DNA of 64,000 bases, from positions 18,404 through 82,403 of the forward strand of contig CALCZR010000060.1 in assembly GCA_937903325.1 (NCBI GenBank). The letters are read 5' to 3'. Shown piece after piece: positions 1 to 10,695 of the stretch. The first letter of the stretch is position 1, and each line of letters starts with the position of its first letter. The notes beneath the pieces are model-generated. The model saw only the letters and a program-made list of their open reading frames with translations, ran no database searches and was not told the origin of the DNA. The position numbers and the translations under genes were made by a program. The DNA is from an uncultured Candidatus Saccharibacteria bacterium (lineage in GTDB: Bacteria > Patescibacteriota > Saccharimonadia > Saccharimonadales > AWTP1-31).

Positions 1-922
1 TATGAGACTTAAACTTTCGGTAGTTAGCTTTGTCGGCTGCACCATTAGTAAATACCACCATACTGGCTACGACGTCCGTACCACTCATGTGACTAATGTC
101 ATAGCCTTCGATACGCCGGGGTACTTTAGCGAGACCGAGTAATTCAGTTAGCTCAATTAATGCATGGTCCTTAGAAAGATCCATGAATTCTTTGTCACTA
201 AACAGTACCCGCCGGTCGAGGTCGTTCAGAGCGGTGATCTGGTTGCGAATCTTAGCGGCTCGTTCAAACTCTTTGTCTGCCGAGGCGGCCTTCATGTCCT
301 TCTCGAGCTCCCGGACAATAACACCTTTTTGGCCTTCTAGCACACGTACTAGTTTACGAAGTGTGACTTTGTACTCTCTTTCATCTAGTTCTCCCGTTTC
401 AGGTCCGGGGCATAGATGCAGATGCACCAGCAAACAGGCTCGGGCTGGCAACACCGTATGAGTTGAATACGGGAAGATTTTACGTAGGTACTTAAGCGCC
501 CGCTTCACGGCAATAGTACTTAAGAACGGACCGTAGTAGGTAGCCCCGTCGTCAAGTGGACGACGAGTCATGGTAACCGTGGGATATTTTTCCTTAAAAT
601 CGATTCTTACAAAAGTCTGACTTTTATCATCCCGTAGCAGTATGTTGTAGCGTGGCATGTAGCGCCGGATCATCTCGGCTTCGAGGAATAGGGCATCGAA
701 TTCGCTATCTACAACTTGCCAGTCAGTGTCTACAATTTCAGCTACGAGGAGATCTGTCTTAGGATCGCGGGCTCGGGACTTCTGGAAATACTGCCGTACC
801 CGATTCTTGAGAATCGCAGCCTTACCAACATAGATAATCTGCCCATTCTTATCCTTGTGGAAATAGACACCAGGTTCTTTTGGCAATTCTTTGAGTTTAG
901 CTTTGAGCTTATCGTTCACCAT
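1..922 (-). CDS. uvrC: Excinuclease ABC subunit C (UvrC), N-terminal ~307 codons; the rest lies beyond the window start
   Basis: Absent from the ORF track because it runs off the edge. My translation from the ATG at 922 reads MVNDKLKAKLKELPKEPGVYFHKDKNGQIIYVGKAAILKNRVRQYF (GIY-YIG). Later come ...DMKAASADKEFERAAKIRN (UVR domain) and ...ANYRKFK. The frame stays open to position 1. Confidence 0.9.
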   Translation of the reverse strand, partial: MVNDKLKAKLKELPKEPGVYFHKDKNGQIIYVGKAAILKNRVRQYFQKSRARDPKTDLLVAEIVDTDWQVVDSEFDALFLEAEMIRRYMPRYNILLRDDKSQTFVRIDFKEKYPTVTMTRRPLDDGATYYGPFLSTIAVKRALKYLRKIFPYSTHTVLPARACLLVHLHLCPGPETGELDEREYKVTLRKLVRVLEGQKGVIVRELEKDMKAASADKEFERAAKIRNQITALNDLDRRVLFSDKEFMDLSKDHALIELTELLGLAKVPRRIEGYDISHMSGTDVVASMVVFTNGAADKANYRKFKSH

Positions 923-943
923 TCTAGTATACCGCTCTAGTCG

Positions 944-1837
944 TTACACAACTGTTTTAGTAGAAGCTGTACAATCGACGCAGTAGGTTTGCTGTTCACA
1001 GTTATCGCATACCAGCACCAGTCGGTTACAACTCTTATCTGCACAGTTAATATAGCGACTAGTCTTACCGGAGCAATGTACGCATTCACCAATATCTACT
1101 GACTTATCTGAAAAGCGGTGGGTCATACGGTCGTCAAAGATGTGCAGTGCACCTTCCCACAGGCCATCGTCTCCGTACTTCTCACCGTACTTCACAATAC
1201 CGCCATCTATTTGGTAGACCTCTTTAAAGCCGCGGTTCTTCATAAGGACACTCAACGCTTCACAGCGGATACCGCCCGTGCAGTAAGTTACGACCGGCTT
1301 GTCTTTGATGTCTTCGTACTTGTCACCCTCGAGATCTTCAAGAAAGTCACGAGTAGTCTTAGTGTCTGGGACAACAGCGTCTTTAAACTTACCAACCGCA
1401 GCCTCGTAGGCATTACGACCATCGAAGAAGATAACGTCCTCACCCTTTTTCTTGTAGTCTTCGACGAGCTTGTGGACCGCTTCCGGCTTGAGATGTTTAC
1501 CGCCACCCACAACGCCCTGCTCGTCTACCTTGACTTCGTCAGGCGCACCAAAGGCCACGAGTTCGTCTCGCACCTTGACGCTCAGCCGTGGGAAATCACG
1601 CCCAGTTCCATCACTCCACTTGTACATGATGTCCTTAAAGGTAATGGAGCGGTTCATTTCACGTTTGTATTCACGAAGGTTTTCAATGTCTCCACCAAGT
1701 GTGCCATTAATACCGTGCTTGCTCACGATAATACGCCCCGTTAGTCCTAAACGACCACAGAGTTCCTTTTGCCAACGTACCGTCATAGCTGGATCAGCTA
1801 CGGGCACGAATTTGTAATACAGAATAACCTTATTCAC
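944..1837 (-). CDS. trhO: Rhodanese-domain tRNA uridine(34) hydroxylase (TrhO/YceA, UPF0176 family)
   Basis: The 297-aa ORF has the UPF0176 N-terminus (ILYYKF...INGTLGG) and a rhodanese active-site loop (YCTGGIRCE). It ends in the Cys-rich tail typical of TrhO. The start is GTG at 1835-1837, and a TATAAT ends 8 nt upstream. Confidence 0.8.
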   Translation of the reverse strand: MNKVILYYKFVPVADPAMTVRWQKELCGRLGLTGRIIVSKHGINGTLGGDIENLREYKREMNRSITFKDIMYKWSDGTGRDFPRLSVKVRDELVAFGAPDEVKVDEQGVVGGGKHLKPEAVHKLVEDYKKKGEDVIFFDGRNAYEAAVGKFKDAVVPDTKTTRDFLEDLEGDKYEDIKDKPVVTYCTGGIRCEALSVLMKNRGFKEVYQIDGGIVKYGEKYGDDGLWEGALHIFDDRMTHRFSDKSVDIGECVHCSGKTSRYINCADKSCNRLVLVCDNCEQQTYCVDCTASTKTVV

Positions 1838-2045
1838 GACCTTCTATTATAAAACTAAAGTTTACTCTTGTCACCCCTGACGTTATTGTGCTATTGTTAT
1901 TCCTAACATTAATTAACGGAAAGGGCGGCCATAACAACCATGAAAATATCTATCTTTACCTCTTCGGTCGCCCACGTCGCGACACGCTAGTCGGTCACGA
2001 TTGTAAAAAACCTTAAAACAAAAAAACCTAAGTTACAGTAAATAC

Positions 2046-2064
2046 AGATAGCAGGAGGCTATCT
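2046..2064 (+). promoter_or_regulatory. Perfect 7-bp hairpin (AGATAGC / GCTATCT) presenting the Shine-Dalgarno AGGAG in its 5-nt loop, 3 nt upstream of the ABC-exporter ATG
   Basis: Read directly from cAGATAGCaggagGCTATCTattATG. A role in translation control is inference only. Confidence 0.35.
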
Positions 2065-2067
2065 ATT

Positions 2068-3852
2068 ATGTCTAAAACAATACGAGTCGGTCGAATCCTT
2101 GGTCTATATTGGAACCACGCATGGCGTCATCCTAAGCTTGTTATTGGCGCCCTTATTTCTTTACCTACGAGCGTGTTAGTACAAGACCTATTACCCCCCT
2201 TAGTTCTAGCCAACGTACTTGGTCGCCTAACTCGCGGTGACTTTGTCGCGGGCAATGTCTGGGAAAGTTTCGGCCCTACCCTGATTGGTTTTGCACTACT
2301 GCTTGCGCTGGGTGCAATAGGCTGGCGTGTTGTCGATGCCTTCATGTGGCGGCTGGAGGGTCGAGTAGGACAGGACTTGGCGGACCGTGTATACGCTCAT
2401 GTACTCTCGCAGAGCGCAAACTTCCATGCTAATACCTTTGGTGGTTCGCTAGTCTCGCAAAATAACAAACTACTGGGAAGTTACGTACGTGTCGCCGATA
2501 CGACGGTGTACGAGACACTCAATCTAGCATCGGTCTTGGTTTTCAGCGTTATTATTCTGTTGCCGCGTGCCCCACTGTATGTAGCTGCACTACTCGTTTT
2601 TAGTGCCGTGTACATAGCCAGTGCATTCTTTATAACAAGACCTGTACGAGATATCGGGGCAAAGCATGCAAGCGCTGAAAGCAACCAAACCGGCTACTTC
2701 GCAGACAGTGTGGCAAACGTAATGGCTATTAAAAGTTTCGCAGGACTAGACCACGAAAAAGAACAATACCGTGAACACTACACCTCTAAGACGCATGGCT
2801 GGCTCCTAAAGTACATGCGCGTCCACCAGCGTCAGTTAATATTCTTCGGGGCGTTTAACCGTGTTATTGAATTCTCTGCCCTCCTCGTCGCTATTATTAC
2901 TGTCGTGGTACTCAAGGCAGACGTCGCAACTGTATTCTTGATATTTAGCTATACCGGTCTGCTAATTGGCAAATTGTGGCAGTTCAGTAACAGCGCGCTT
3001 CGTAACTATAACCGCTCACTTGGTGACGCCAGTGAAATGGTAGAGATACTCCACCATGAAGCTGAAGTTAAAGATCCGACTAAACCTGACGTGTCACGAA
3101 TTAAGGATGGGGAAATTGAGCTTAAGAACGTGACGTTCACGCACGACGGTGCACGAGACACACTATTCAAAGACTTCAATCTAAACATCAAGCCTGGTGA
3201 AAAAGTTGGACTAGTCGGACACTCTGGTTCAGGAAAAACTTCCCTGACCCGAATTCTACTTCGCTTCAGTGACATCGACGGTGGCGAGATATTGGTCGAC
3301 GGCCAGAACATTGCAAGCATCACTCAGGACGATCTACGAAGCAAGATTGCGTACGTTCCCCAAGAACCATTACTGTTCCACCGTAGTCTGACCGACAACA
3401 TCCGGTACGGACGTCTGGATGCTTCACAACAGGAAGTTATAGAAGCCAGTAAAATGGCTCACGCCGACGACTTCATCAAGGATCTGCCACTTGGGTACGA
3501 TGCCCTTGTTGGCGAACGTGGTGTGAAACTATCTGGTGGGCAGCGTCAACGCGTGGCTATTGCCCGTGCCATGATTAAGGATGCCCCAATACTAGTTCTT
3601 GACGAAGCTACCAGCGCCCTGGACTCAGAGAGTGAAGTACTCATCCAACAGGCTCTATGGAAGCTCATGGAGGGACGCACTGCCATTGTCATTGCCCACC
3701 GCCTGAGCACCGTGCAGAAGATGGACCGCATTGTTGTTATGGACAATGGTAAAGTTGTCGAAGAAGGCACACATAAAGAACTACTCACCAAACAGAACGG
3801 TGTCTACGCCAAGCTGTGGGCTCACCAATCTGGTGGATTCTTAGAAGACTAG
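2068..3852 (+). CDS. ABC exporter, fused permease + ATPase (type I exporter half-transporter, MsbA/MdlB-like)
   Basis: 594 aa with an N-terminal six-helix TMD. Walker A is GHSGSGKTS, the signature is LSGGQRQR and Walker B is ILVLDEATSALD. A strong SD (AGGAGG) lies upstream. Confidence 0.9.
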   Translation: MSKTIRVGRILGLYWNHAWRHPKLVIGALISLPTSVLVQDLLPPLVLANVLGRLTRGDFVAGNVWESFGPTLIGFALLLALGAIGWRVVDAFMWRLEGRVGQDLADRVYAHVLSQSANFHANTFGGSLVSQNNKLLGSYVRVADTTVYETLNLASVLVFSVIILLPRAPLYVAALLVFSAVYIASAFFITRPVRDIGAKHASAESNQTGYFADSVANVMAIKSFAGLDHEKEQYREHYTSKTHGWLLKYMRVHQRQLIFFGAFNRVIEFSALLVAIITVVVLKADVATVFLIFSYTGLLIGKLWQFSNSALRNYNRSLGDASEMVEILHHEAEVKDPTKPDVSRIKDGEIELKNVTFTHDGARDTLFKDFNLNIKPGEKVGLVGHSGSGKTSLTRILLRFSDIDGGEILVDGQNIASITQDDLRSKIAYVPQEPLLFHRSLTDNIRYGRLDASQQEVIEASKMAHADDFIKDLPLGYDALVGERGVKLSGGQRQRVAIARAMIKDAPILVLDEATSALDSESEVLIQQALWKLMEGRTAIVIAHRLSTVQKMDRIVVMDNGKVVEEGTHKELLTKQNGVYAKLWAHQSGGFLED

Positions 3853-3883
3853 TCATGTCATTTAAAGGTATACTAGAGGTAAT

Positions 3884-5644
3884 ATGAGCAACACTAATTC
3901 TGCACGAACACTGCGTTTCTTTTGGAAGTACACCAAGCGCTATCCACGAGACCTCATTCAGGCCAGCCTAGTGCTGGTGCAGTTTGCCATGAATATTGTG
4001 ATCATGCCACTGGCTATTGGTTTTGGGGTTGCTAAAATCGCTAACCCCACCTCAACGAGTCTGTCGTTCCAGGAGATACTTCTGCTGATAACAGGCGCCG
4101 GAGTTATCGCCATTATCTGCAACCGGTTTGCCAACCACGCCAACAATCGCTTCGAGATTGCCGCCACCCGAGATATTCACAATGCTGTTGCAGACCACCT
4201 CGTACACGAGTCGTACGAATTCCACGCCCGGAGTTTTAGTGGGGCGCTCATTAGCCAAGCCGGAAAACTAGCCAGTGCCTATGTCAGTTTCATTGATACC
4301 ATGTACTCCAGTTTTTTGCGGGTTATTGTCATTGTCGTTGCCACGAGTGTTACGCTTGGATTCTACGATTTCCGATTAGGACTCATCATGCTTTCTGTTG
4401 CCCTTATTGGAGGAATCTCCAATATCTATATGGTGCGTAATCGCTATCCATTACAGAAAGCAGCCACCACCCGTGCATCTGAACAAGTAGCCCACCTGGC
4501 TGATATGATCACCAACGCCCTGACGGTCAAGACATTTGCAGCCGAGGATTCAGAACTTGCAGCATACGATAAGAAAACCCAAGCGACAGCTAAGGCCTAC
4601 TGGCTCGCCTGGTTCAAGCAAAACAACGGCAGTAACGTAACCATTGCCATGATGGCCATAACTAATCTGGCAATATTAAGTTACGGGATATACGCCGTAC
4701 AAAACGGACTGTTACAAGCCGGTGTCTTCATTGCTGCCCAACTGTATGCTGTCCGTTTGTCTGGATCGTTCTGGGACACCGCAAGTATCGTGAGGAATCT
4801 TGAGCGTGTCTTTGCTGACGCCCATGAGATGATCGAGATCCTTGATCAGCCCCATACACTTGTTGACGTCCCTCATGCCCAAGCCCTCGAAGTTACCGAC
4901 GGCAATCTAGCTTTTAACAATGTGACCTTCCGTTATGCAGATACCAATAGCGAGTCAGTTCTTGCAGACTTCAGCCTTTCGCTCAAGCCCGGTGAAAAGG
5001 TTGGGCTAGTTGGTCGCAGTGGTGGTGGCAAGACGACTATTACCAAACTTGCACTGCGCTTCATGGACATCCAGGACGGCACTATTACGATAGACGATCA
5101 GGACATAGCCAAGGTTACTCAGAAGAGTCTACGTCGCAATATTGCCTACGTTCCTCAAGAACCACTACTCTTCCACCGCACCATTGCCCAGAATATTGCC
5201 TACGGCAAGCCGAGAGCTACGCAACAAGAAATTGAGAAGGTTGCCAAACTAGCTCACGCTCATGAATTCATTGGCTCGTTACCAAATGGTTACGACACTG
5301 AAGTTGGTGAACGCGGCGTCAAGCTATCTGGCGGTCAAAGGCAACGTGTCGCCATTGCGAGGGCTATGCTGTGTAACGCACCTATCCTAGTACTGGACGA
5401 AGCCACCAGTGCGCTCGACTCAGAAAGTGAAGTAGCTATCCAGAAAGCCCTCCGGGAACTCATGGGAGGAAAAACTGCACTCGTTATTGCTCACCGTCTG
5501 AGCACCATCCAGAAGATGGACCGCATTATCGTCCTGGACGACGGTAAGATAATCGAAGAAGGCAGTCACAAACAACTACTTACTCAGGGCGGTACCTACG
5601 CCGACCTGTGGAAGCACCAGTCTGGTGGATTCTTAGAAGAATAG
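3884..5644 (+). CDS. ABC exporter, fused permease + ATPase; paralogous partner of the upstream gene (probable heterodimer)
   Basis: 586 aa. Walker A is GRSGGGKTT, the signature is LSGGQRQR and Walker B is ILVLDEATSALD. The gap to the upstream gene is 31 nt. The C-terminal tail HQSGGFLEE is nearly identical to the partner's HQSGGFLED. Confidence 0.9.
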   Translation: MSNTNSARTLRFFWKYTKRYPRDLIQASLVLVQFAMNIVIMPLAIGFGVAKIANPTSTSLSFQEILLLITGAGVIAIICNRFANHANNRFEIAATRDIHNAVADHLVHESYEFHARSFSGALISQAGKLASAYVSFIDTMYSSFLRVIVIVVATSVTLGFYDFRLGLIMLSVALIGGISNIYMVRNRYPLQKAATTRASEQVAHLADMITNALTVKTFAAEDSELAAYDKKTQATAKAYWLAWFKQNNGSNVTIAMMAITNLAILSYGIYAVQNGLLQAGVFIAAQLYAVRLSGSFWDTASIVRNLERVFADAHEMIEILDQPHTLVDVPHAQALEVTDGNLAFNNVTFRYADTNSESVLADFSLSLKPGEKVGLVGRSGGGKTTITKLALRFMDIQDGTITIDDQDIAKVTQKSLRRNIAYVPQEPLLFHRTIAQNIAYGKPRATQQEIEKVAKLAHAHEFIGSLPNGYDTEVGERGVKLSGGQRQRVAIARAMLCNAPILVLDEATSALDSESEVAIQKALRELMGGKTALVIAHRLSTIQKMDRIIVLDDGKIIEEGSHKQLLTQGGTYADLWKHQSGGFLEE

Positions 5645-5668
5645 ATTATGAGATTGTATAACATATAG

Positions 5669-6277
5669 TTAGGCCGCTTCTGCTCGATCCACATCTACAG
5701 ACGTAAACAAGTAGCTACGTCGGCGGATACGTTCATCCGCTAGTTGTATCAGTCGTGCGCCCTCTGGTACCGGAGTCCTATGCATCGCCTCAAGCTTAAT
5801 AACATCGCACCCAGCCTTCCATGCAGCCCGCAGTCCGCCAACATACGAGTTATCTAGTACGGCCATCTGGTCACTGGACACTCCCTTTTTATCAGCAAGC
5901 ATGTACCAGTAATCAACATTAAACTTGGTAAGCCATAGTACTCTACCACCCAGGCGTACCCGCTCAGAGACATGAATGTCTTCGGGAGCAATAATTCCTT
6001 CCAAACCACGGACATTCTTTGCCCGGGGATTGAACGTGGCAATCGAGAGACTTGGTATGACCTCACGGGTTAGAAGGCTTCCGAGATGTGCTGCACAGTC
6101 CGGATTTACCTGGGTAGAAAAATGATGTTTGATGGACGCATCTAGGTCAACATACAAGTGTTGACCTCGAATCATGTCATCCGGAACAGATTGCAAACCA
6201 CCATTAATTTCTACTGAGAGTTGCGGGCGTGCGTCGACTGCTCCAAAAGATTCTGCGGCTGCGTGAGGGTTAGCCAT
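5669..6277 (-). CDS. Hypothetical protein, weakly HAD-hydrolase-like
   Basis: 202-aa ORF with possible HAD motif I (LYVDLDASI) and motif IV (AVLDNSYVGGLRAAWKAGCDVI). I recognise no other domain. A TATACT ends 9 nt upstream of the ATG. Confidence 0.4.
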   Translation of the reverse strand: MANPHAAAESFGAVDARPQLSVEINGGLQSVPDDMIRGQHLYVDLDASIKHHFSTQVNPDCAAHLGSLLTREVIPSLSIATFNPRAKNVRGLEGIIAPEDIHVSERVRLGGRVLWLTKFNVDYWYMLADKKGVSSDQMAVLDNSYVGGLRAAWKAGCDVIKLEAMHRTPVPEGARLIQLADERIRRRSYLFTSVDVDRAEAA

Positions 6278-6355
6278 AGTTCTGTTAGTATAGCTGAGCT
6301 TAATTAAATATTAAACACTTGTGCATGTAACAGAGTACACTTTTTTGAGGTTAGC

Positions 6356-7036
6356 CTATTCCGCTTTGGTTTCTGCATCGGCTTCGGCTGGCTTGTCGCC
6401 ACCGTTGTCCGCAGGAACGTCACCTTCTGCGCCTTCGGCTGCTTCAGCTTCCTCGGCTTCTTCACTCATCTGAGCTTTGGTCTCTTCAACGGTAGCAATA
6501 GTATGTTCTGGTTCGGTAATAATCGTAATGGTACTTGGCACCTTTAGATCTGCAACGGTGAGTTTGTCACCAATTTCGGTAAGACCACTTGGATCAATAA
6601 CAATCTGGTCAATAAGGTCTTTAGGCAGTGCCTCAATCTCAACAACGTCAAGGTTACGAATAACCATGAGGCCAGCTTTTTCGGCAGGAATCTCAACGTC
6701 TTCAGCAAAGTGAACCGGTACTTCAGTCTGTTGCTTCTCGTCAGCCTTAATAGCGTTGAAGACAACGTGACGAATGGTGTGCTTACGTGGCTCAAAGTCA
6801 ACATCTTTAATAAGAGCCATGTATTTAGTTGAGCCGACCGTTAGGTTAACTGGGTGGTGTTTACCAGCAGCTGCAAAGATTTTAATAAGCTCACCAGATG
6901 GTGCCATAACATGGAGAGATTCCTTACCATGGTCGTGTATGACCGCTGGAGTACTTCCATCATTACGTAGCTTTGCAAGCCCTTTACCAATTACTTCACG
7001 TTTTTCGAGCGCTAGCGCAATATCTCCGCCACTCAT
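6356..7036 (-). CDS. rplY: 50S ribosomal protein L25 / general stress protein Ctc, long form with an acidic C-terminal tail
   Basis: 226 aa. The L25/Ctc pattern is GKGLAKLRNDGSTPAVIHDHGKESLHV...HPVNLTVG...ALIKDVDFEP. An SD (GGAGGG) lies upstream. Confidence 0.85.
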   Translation of the reverse strand: MSGGDIALALEKREVIGKGLAKLRNDGSTPAVIHDHGKESLHVMAPSGELIKIFAAAGKHHPVNLTVGSTKYMALIKDVDFEPRKHTIRHVVFNAIKADEKQQTEVPVHFAEDVEIPAEKAGLMVIRNLDVVEIEALPKDLIDQIVIDPSGLTEIGDKLTVADLKVPSTITIITEPEHTIATVEETKAQMSEEAEEAEAAEGAEGDVPADNGGDKPAEADAETKAE

Positions 7037-7131
7037 GTATGTTACCCTCCGTCAGTTCAACAATATTACTTCTTTAGTATAGCAAAGATTCAGAGGGCCA
7101 CCGTTGTGCTTTATACGAAAGAACAACCCGG

Positions 7132-7818
7132 GTGATGTACTACTGCAATGGTACAATAATACTCATGTTTGATATAGAACACATCATCTCAGCGGGCGGT
7201 ATACTAATTGTTTCACTCATCGTTTTTGCTGAGTCGGGACTCCTCATTGGCTTCTTCTTGCCAGGCGACACCCTCCTTATCGGAGCAGGCCTAGCAGCGA
7301 GCCAAGGTAAATTCTCATTATTCTGGTTAATGTTCTTCGTGGTCGTAGCTGCAATCGTTGGCGACAACGTAGGCTACAGCATTGGCCGTCGAGCTGGACC
7401 CAGAATCTTTAAACGGAAAGACGGTATTCTGTTTAGACAGGAATACATCCAGAAAGCTGAGTCATTCTACAAAGACCATGGCGGCAAGACCATTATCTTA
7501 GCCCGTTTCACACCCGTTGTGCGCACCTTTGCTCCAGTTGTAGCCGGTGCCAGTAAGATGCCCCGTCAACGCTTCATGCTTTTCAACATTGTCGGCGGCC
7601 TACTGTGGGGTGCCGGACTACCGCTACTGGGCTATCTGGTTGGTGGACGCATCCCAGGCCTCGACCACTACATTGAGAAAGTCATTATTGGCGTCATGGT
7701 TCTCAGTATCGCCCTTGCCGCAGCACACATTCTAAAGGATAAGAAAACCCGTGGGCTTATACGTGAAAGTATCAAGTCGAATTTAGGAAAAGTGTTCCTC
7801 AACAAAAAAGTAGACTGA
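7132..7818 (+). CDS. DedA/VTT-family membrane protein
   Basis: The DedA core reads FAESGLLIGFFLPGDTLLIGAGL...VGDNVGYSIGRRAGP...ILARFTPVVRTFAPVVAG. The true start is probably the internal ATG at 7165 (MFDIEHII...). The gene ends with a TGA stop. Confidence 0.85.
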   Translation: MMYYCNGTIILMFDIEHIISAGGILIVSLIVFAESGLLIGFFLPGDTLLIGAGLAASQGKFSLFWLMFFVVVAAIVGDNVGYSIGRRAGPRIFKRKDGILFRQEYIQKAESFYKDHGGKTIILARFTPVVRTFAPVVAGASKMPRQRFMLFNIVGGLLWGAGLPLLGYLVGGRIPGLDHYIEKVIIGVMVLSIALAAAHILKDKKTRGLIRESIKSNLGKVFLNKKVD

Positions 7819-7840
7819 GTGCGGCGTCTAGTTTGATCCG

Positions 7841-10651
7841 TTAGAGCATCTTCTTCAAGAACTGACCAGTGTAAGACTCTTTGACTTTGGCCACTTCACG
7901 AGGCGTTCCCAGTGCTACTACCTGCCCACCACCAGAACCACCCTCTGGCCCCATATCGATGATATGGTCAGCAGACTTGATAACATCCAAGTTATGCTCA
8001 ATGACTACCATACTGTTGCCAGTATCTACCAGTGCGTGCAGCACCTGGAGGAGCTTTGCAACATCGGCAATATGCAGCCCGGTTGTTGGCTCGTCTAAGA
8101 TATACAGTGTGCGTCCAGTGGGACGACGAGACAATTCGGTAGCCAGCTTAATACGCTGTGCTTCACCACCAGACAATGTCGTAGCTGGCTGACCAAGACC
8201 AATGTACCCAAGTCCAACGTCTACCAGCGTTTGTAGCTTACGGGCAATAGACGGAATGTTTTCAAAGAACTCTAGAGCCTGCTCACAGGTCATGGCGAGC
8301 ACGTCACTAATAGTCTTACCCTTGTAGTGAATCTCGAGGGCTTCACGGTTGTAACGTTTGCCGTGACAAACTTCACACGGAACGTATACGTCAGGCAAGA
8401 AGTGCATCTCAATCTTAATAATGCCGTCACCAGCACAGTTTTCACAACGACCACCCTTGACGTTGAAACTGAAGCGTCCGGCACTGTAGCCACGAAGTTT
8501 TGCTTCCGGTACGCTCGCAAAGAGTTCACGAATTGGCGTAAATAGCCCGGTATAGGTAGCCGGATTACTCCGAGGCGTCCGGCCAATAGCGGATTGGTCG
8601 ATAATAATAACCTTATCCAAATGCTCAATACCCTTAATGTCATCATGTTTACCGGGAACGGCATTAGCCCGCATCAGCCGAGCAGATAGCTCCTTAGCCA
8701 GGATGTCATTGATAAGGCTGGACTTACCAGAACCAGAAACACCACTGACCACAACGAGCTTACCAAGTGGGATTTCCACGCTGACGTTCTGCAAGTTATT
8801 CTCACGGGCATTAATAATTTCGAGTGACTTGCCGTTACCTTTCCGGTACTTGGCTGGTGGCTTGATTTCCTTTACGCCACGTAAGTACTGGCCGGTAATA
8901 CTGGCCTCGGTGTTTGCCACTTCCTCAGGCGTACCTGAAGCAACCACTTGCCCACCATGGACGCCCGCGCCGGGGCCAATGTCTAGTAGGTAATCAGCAG
9001 TCCGAATAGTATCTTCGTCGTGCTCCACTACAATCACAGAGTTGCCAATATCCCGCAGGTGCTTGAGGGTTTTAATAAGACGTTCGTTATCTCGCTGATG
9101 TAAGCCAATAGACGGCTCGTCTAGGACGTACAGTACACCCTGTAGTCCGGAACCAATTTGGGTAGCAAGACGAATACGCTGCGCTTCACCGCCAGACAGC
9201 GTTGCGGCACTACGTAGCAAGTTGAGATAGTTTAGTCCTACGTCTTGCAGGAACTGCAGACGAGCACAGATCTCCTTGAAGATCAGGGCAGCAATATGCT
9301 GCTCTTTGTCACTGAGTCTAATAGTATTAAAGTAGGCAATTGCTTCATCGATAGACAGCTCACAAATATCCATAATAGATTTATTACCAACTGTTACAGC
9401 CAAAATTTCAGGCTTCAGACGCTTGCCGCCGCAAGCATGGCAGGGACGTTCTTGCATAAAGCGCTCAATGTCACGGCGAATGAAATCACTGTCAGTGTCT
9501 TTGTGTCGTCGCTCCAGGTTGTTGACCACACCTTCATACGTCGTTTCAAACTTGCGACCTACACCTAGGCTCACGGTGTACTTTTCATTACCTGTACCGT
9601 ACATAAGGATGCGAATCTGTTCTTCAGTTAACTCACTGGTTGGTACATGCAAACTAAAGCCGTGGCGGTCTGCCACTGCCTGCAGCTTTTTGGTATACCA
9701 GGCATCAGTGTTGATTCGATTAAACGGTCGGATAGCACCCTCAGCAATCGTTAGCCGTCCGTTAGGGATAACCAGATCTGGATCGACTTCTAGTCGTGAA
9801 CCAAGTCCTGTACAAACCGGGCATGCTCCGTGTGGACTGTTAAAGCTAAATGTTCGGGGTTCTAGTTCGGGAATAACCACTTCAGGATGGTCGATACAAG
9901 CATACATAAGGCTGTAACTAGACTCTTCATTACTATCTGCATCTACAACACGCAACTGTCCACCAGCAATCTCCAGGCCTTGCTCGACAGACTGTGCCAG
10001 TCGGCCCATGCTTTCTGCATTATTAACTAAACGGTCTACTACAATCTCAATGGTATGTTTGTACTTCTTATCTAGTTCCGGGAATTCATCCAATGCGTAC
10101 ACAACTCCGTCTACTCGAGCCCTGGCGAAGCCAGCTCGCTGGTATTGTTCAGGGATATGTTCGAAAGCACCTTTCTTGTCGATAACAACTGGAGCCAGAA
10201 TAAGCAGCCGAGCATTCTCTTTGAGGTTAGCTACCTTATCAACAATAGCCTGAGTTGTTTGCCGTTCTACGGGCTTGCCACAGACCGGACAGTGCGGCAC
10301 ACCAATGCGAGCAAACAGAAGTCGAAGGTAGTCGTAAATTTCGGTAACCGTAGCTACCGTACTGCGAGGGTTACGAGACGTAGATTTCTGGTCGATAGAA
10401 ATGGCTGGACTGAGTCCATCTATTTGGTCTACATCAGGCTTTTCCATGAGGCCCAAGAACTGTCGAGCATAGCTGCTGAGCGACTCCACGTAGCGACGTT
10501 GTCCTTCGGCGTAGATAGTATCAAAGGCTAAACTAGACTTACCCGAACCACTGAGGCCAGTAATAACAACCAACTTACCACGTGGGATCTTTACATCCAC
10601 GTTTTTGAGGTTGTGCTCCCGTGCACCTTTAACGTCAATAAACTCAGTCAT
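7841..10651 (-). CDS. uvrA: Excinuclease ABC subunit A (UvrA)
   Basis: 936 aa with two ABC ATPase modules (GLSGSGKSS and GVSGSGKSS; LSGGEAQR twice). It also has the zinc-finger Cys pairs and the canonical N-terminus [13 protein letters not shown]. Confidence 0.97.
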   Translation of the reverse strand: MTEFIDVKGAREHNLKNVDVKIPRGKLVVITGLSGSGKSSLAFDTIYAEGQRRYVESLSSYARQFLGLMEKPDVDQIDGLSPAISIDQKSTSRNPRSTVATVTEIYDYLRLLFARIGVPHCPVCGKPVERQTTQAIVDKVANLKENARLLILAPVVIDKKGAFEHIPEQYQRAGFARARVDGVVYALDEFPELDKKYKHTIEIVVDRLVNNAESMGRLAQSVEQGLEIAGGQLRVVDADSNEESSYSLMYACIDHPEVVIPELEPRTFSFNSPHGACPVCTGLGSRLEVDPDLVIPNGRLTIAEGAIRPFNRINTDAWYTKKLQAVADRHGFSLHVPTSELTEEQIRILMYGTGNEKYTVSLGVGRKFETTYEGVVNNLERRHKDTDSDFIRRDIERFMQERPCHACGGKRLKPEILAVTVGNKSIMDICELSIDEAIAYFNTIRLSDKEQHIAALIFKEICARLQFLQDVGLNYLNLLRSAATLSGGEAQRIRLATQIGSGLQGVLYVLDEPSIGLHQRDNERLIKTLKHLRDIGNSVIVVEHDEDTIRTADYLLDIGPGAGVHGGQVVASGTPEEVANTEASITGQYLRGVKEIKPPAKYRKGNGKSLEIINARENNLQNVSVEIPLGKLVVVSGVSGSGKSSLINDILAKELSARLMRANAVPGKHDDIKGIEHLDKVIIIDQSAIGRTPRSNPATYTGLFTPIRELFASVPEAKLRGYSAGRFSFNVKGGRCENCAGDGIIKIEMHFLPDVYVPCEVCHGKRYNREALEIHYKGKTISDVLAMTCEQALEFFENIPSIARKLQTLVDVGLGYIGLGQPATTLSGGEAQRIKLATELSRRPTGRTLYILDEPTTGLHIADVAKLLQVLHALVDTGNSMVVIEHNLDVIKSADHIIDMGPEGGSGGGQVVALGTPREVAKVKESYTGQFLKKML

Positions 10652-10695
10652 CGTGACGTATTAGTATACGCGCTTGTCTAGTGTTTTTCTAGTCC

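Noticed and set aside
183-940. Track ORFs 183-461 (+) and 716-940 (+)
   Set aside because: Both lie antisense to a clearly coding partial uvrC (GIY-YIG and UVR motifs on the minus strand). Their translations are Ser/Arg/Leu-rich low-complexity sequence.
923-943. uvrC as a leaderless gene (TATACT only 3 nt upstream of its ATG)
   Set aside because: The spacing is too short for the -10-to-+1 geometry. Either the hexamer is fortuitous or uvrC is transcribed from further upstream. I excluded it from the leaderless list.
1940-1990. 16-codon upstream ORF (MKISIFTSSVAHVATR) as a leader peptide for the ABC operon
   Set aside because: It has no SD or -10 element at a suitable distance and no run of regulatory codons. 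It is too short to evaluate, so I kept it only as a note in the ABC finding.
5669-6277. Membership of the 202-aa protein (…APEDIHVSERVRLGG…), and of the 230-aa and 378-aa orphans, in the TSEDS-motif family seen at 40105-41597
   Set aside because: The resemblance is only a few residues at non-equivalent positions. The 202-aa protein is better explained as HAD-like. Only the adjacent pair shows an extended (~35 aa) match.
7816-7818. Alternative genetic code (UGA recoding, as in some CPR lineages)
   Set aside because: TGA terminates dedA (7816-7818), the b-like gene and pyk at positions consistent with full-length homologues. No conserved gene is interrupted by in-frame TGA, TAG or TAA.
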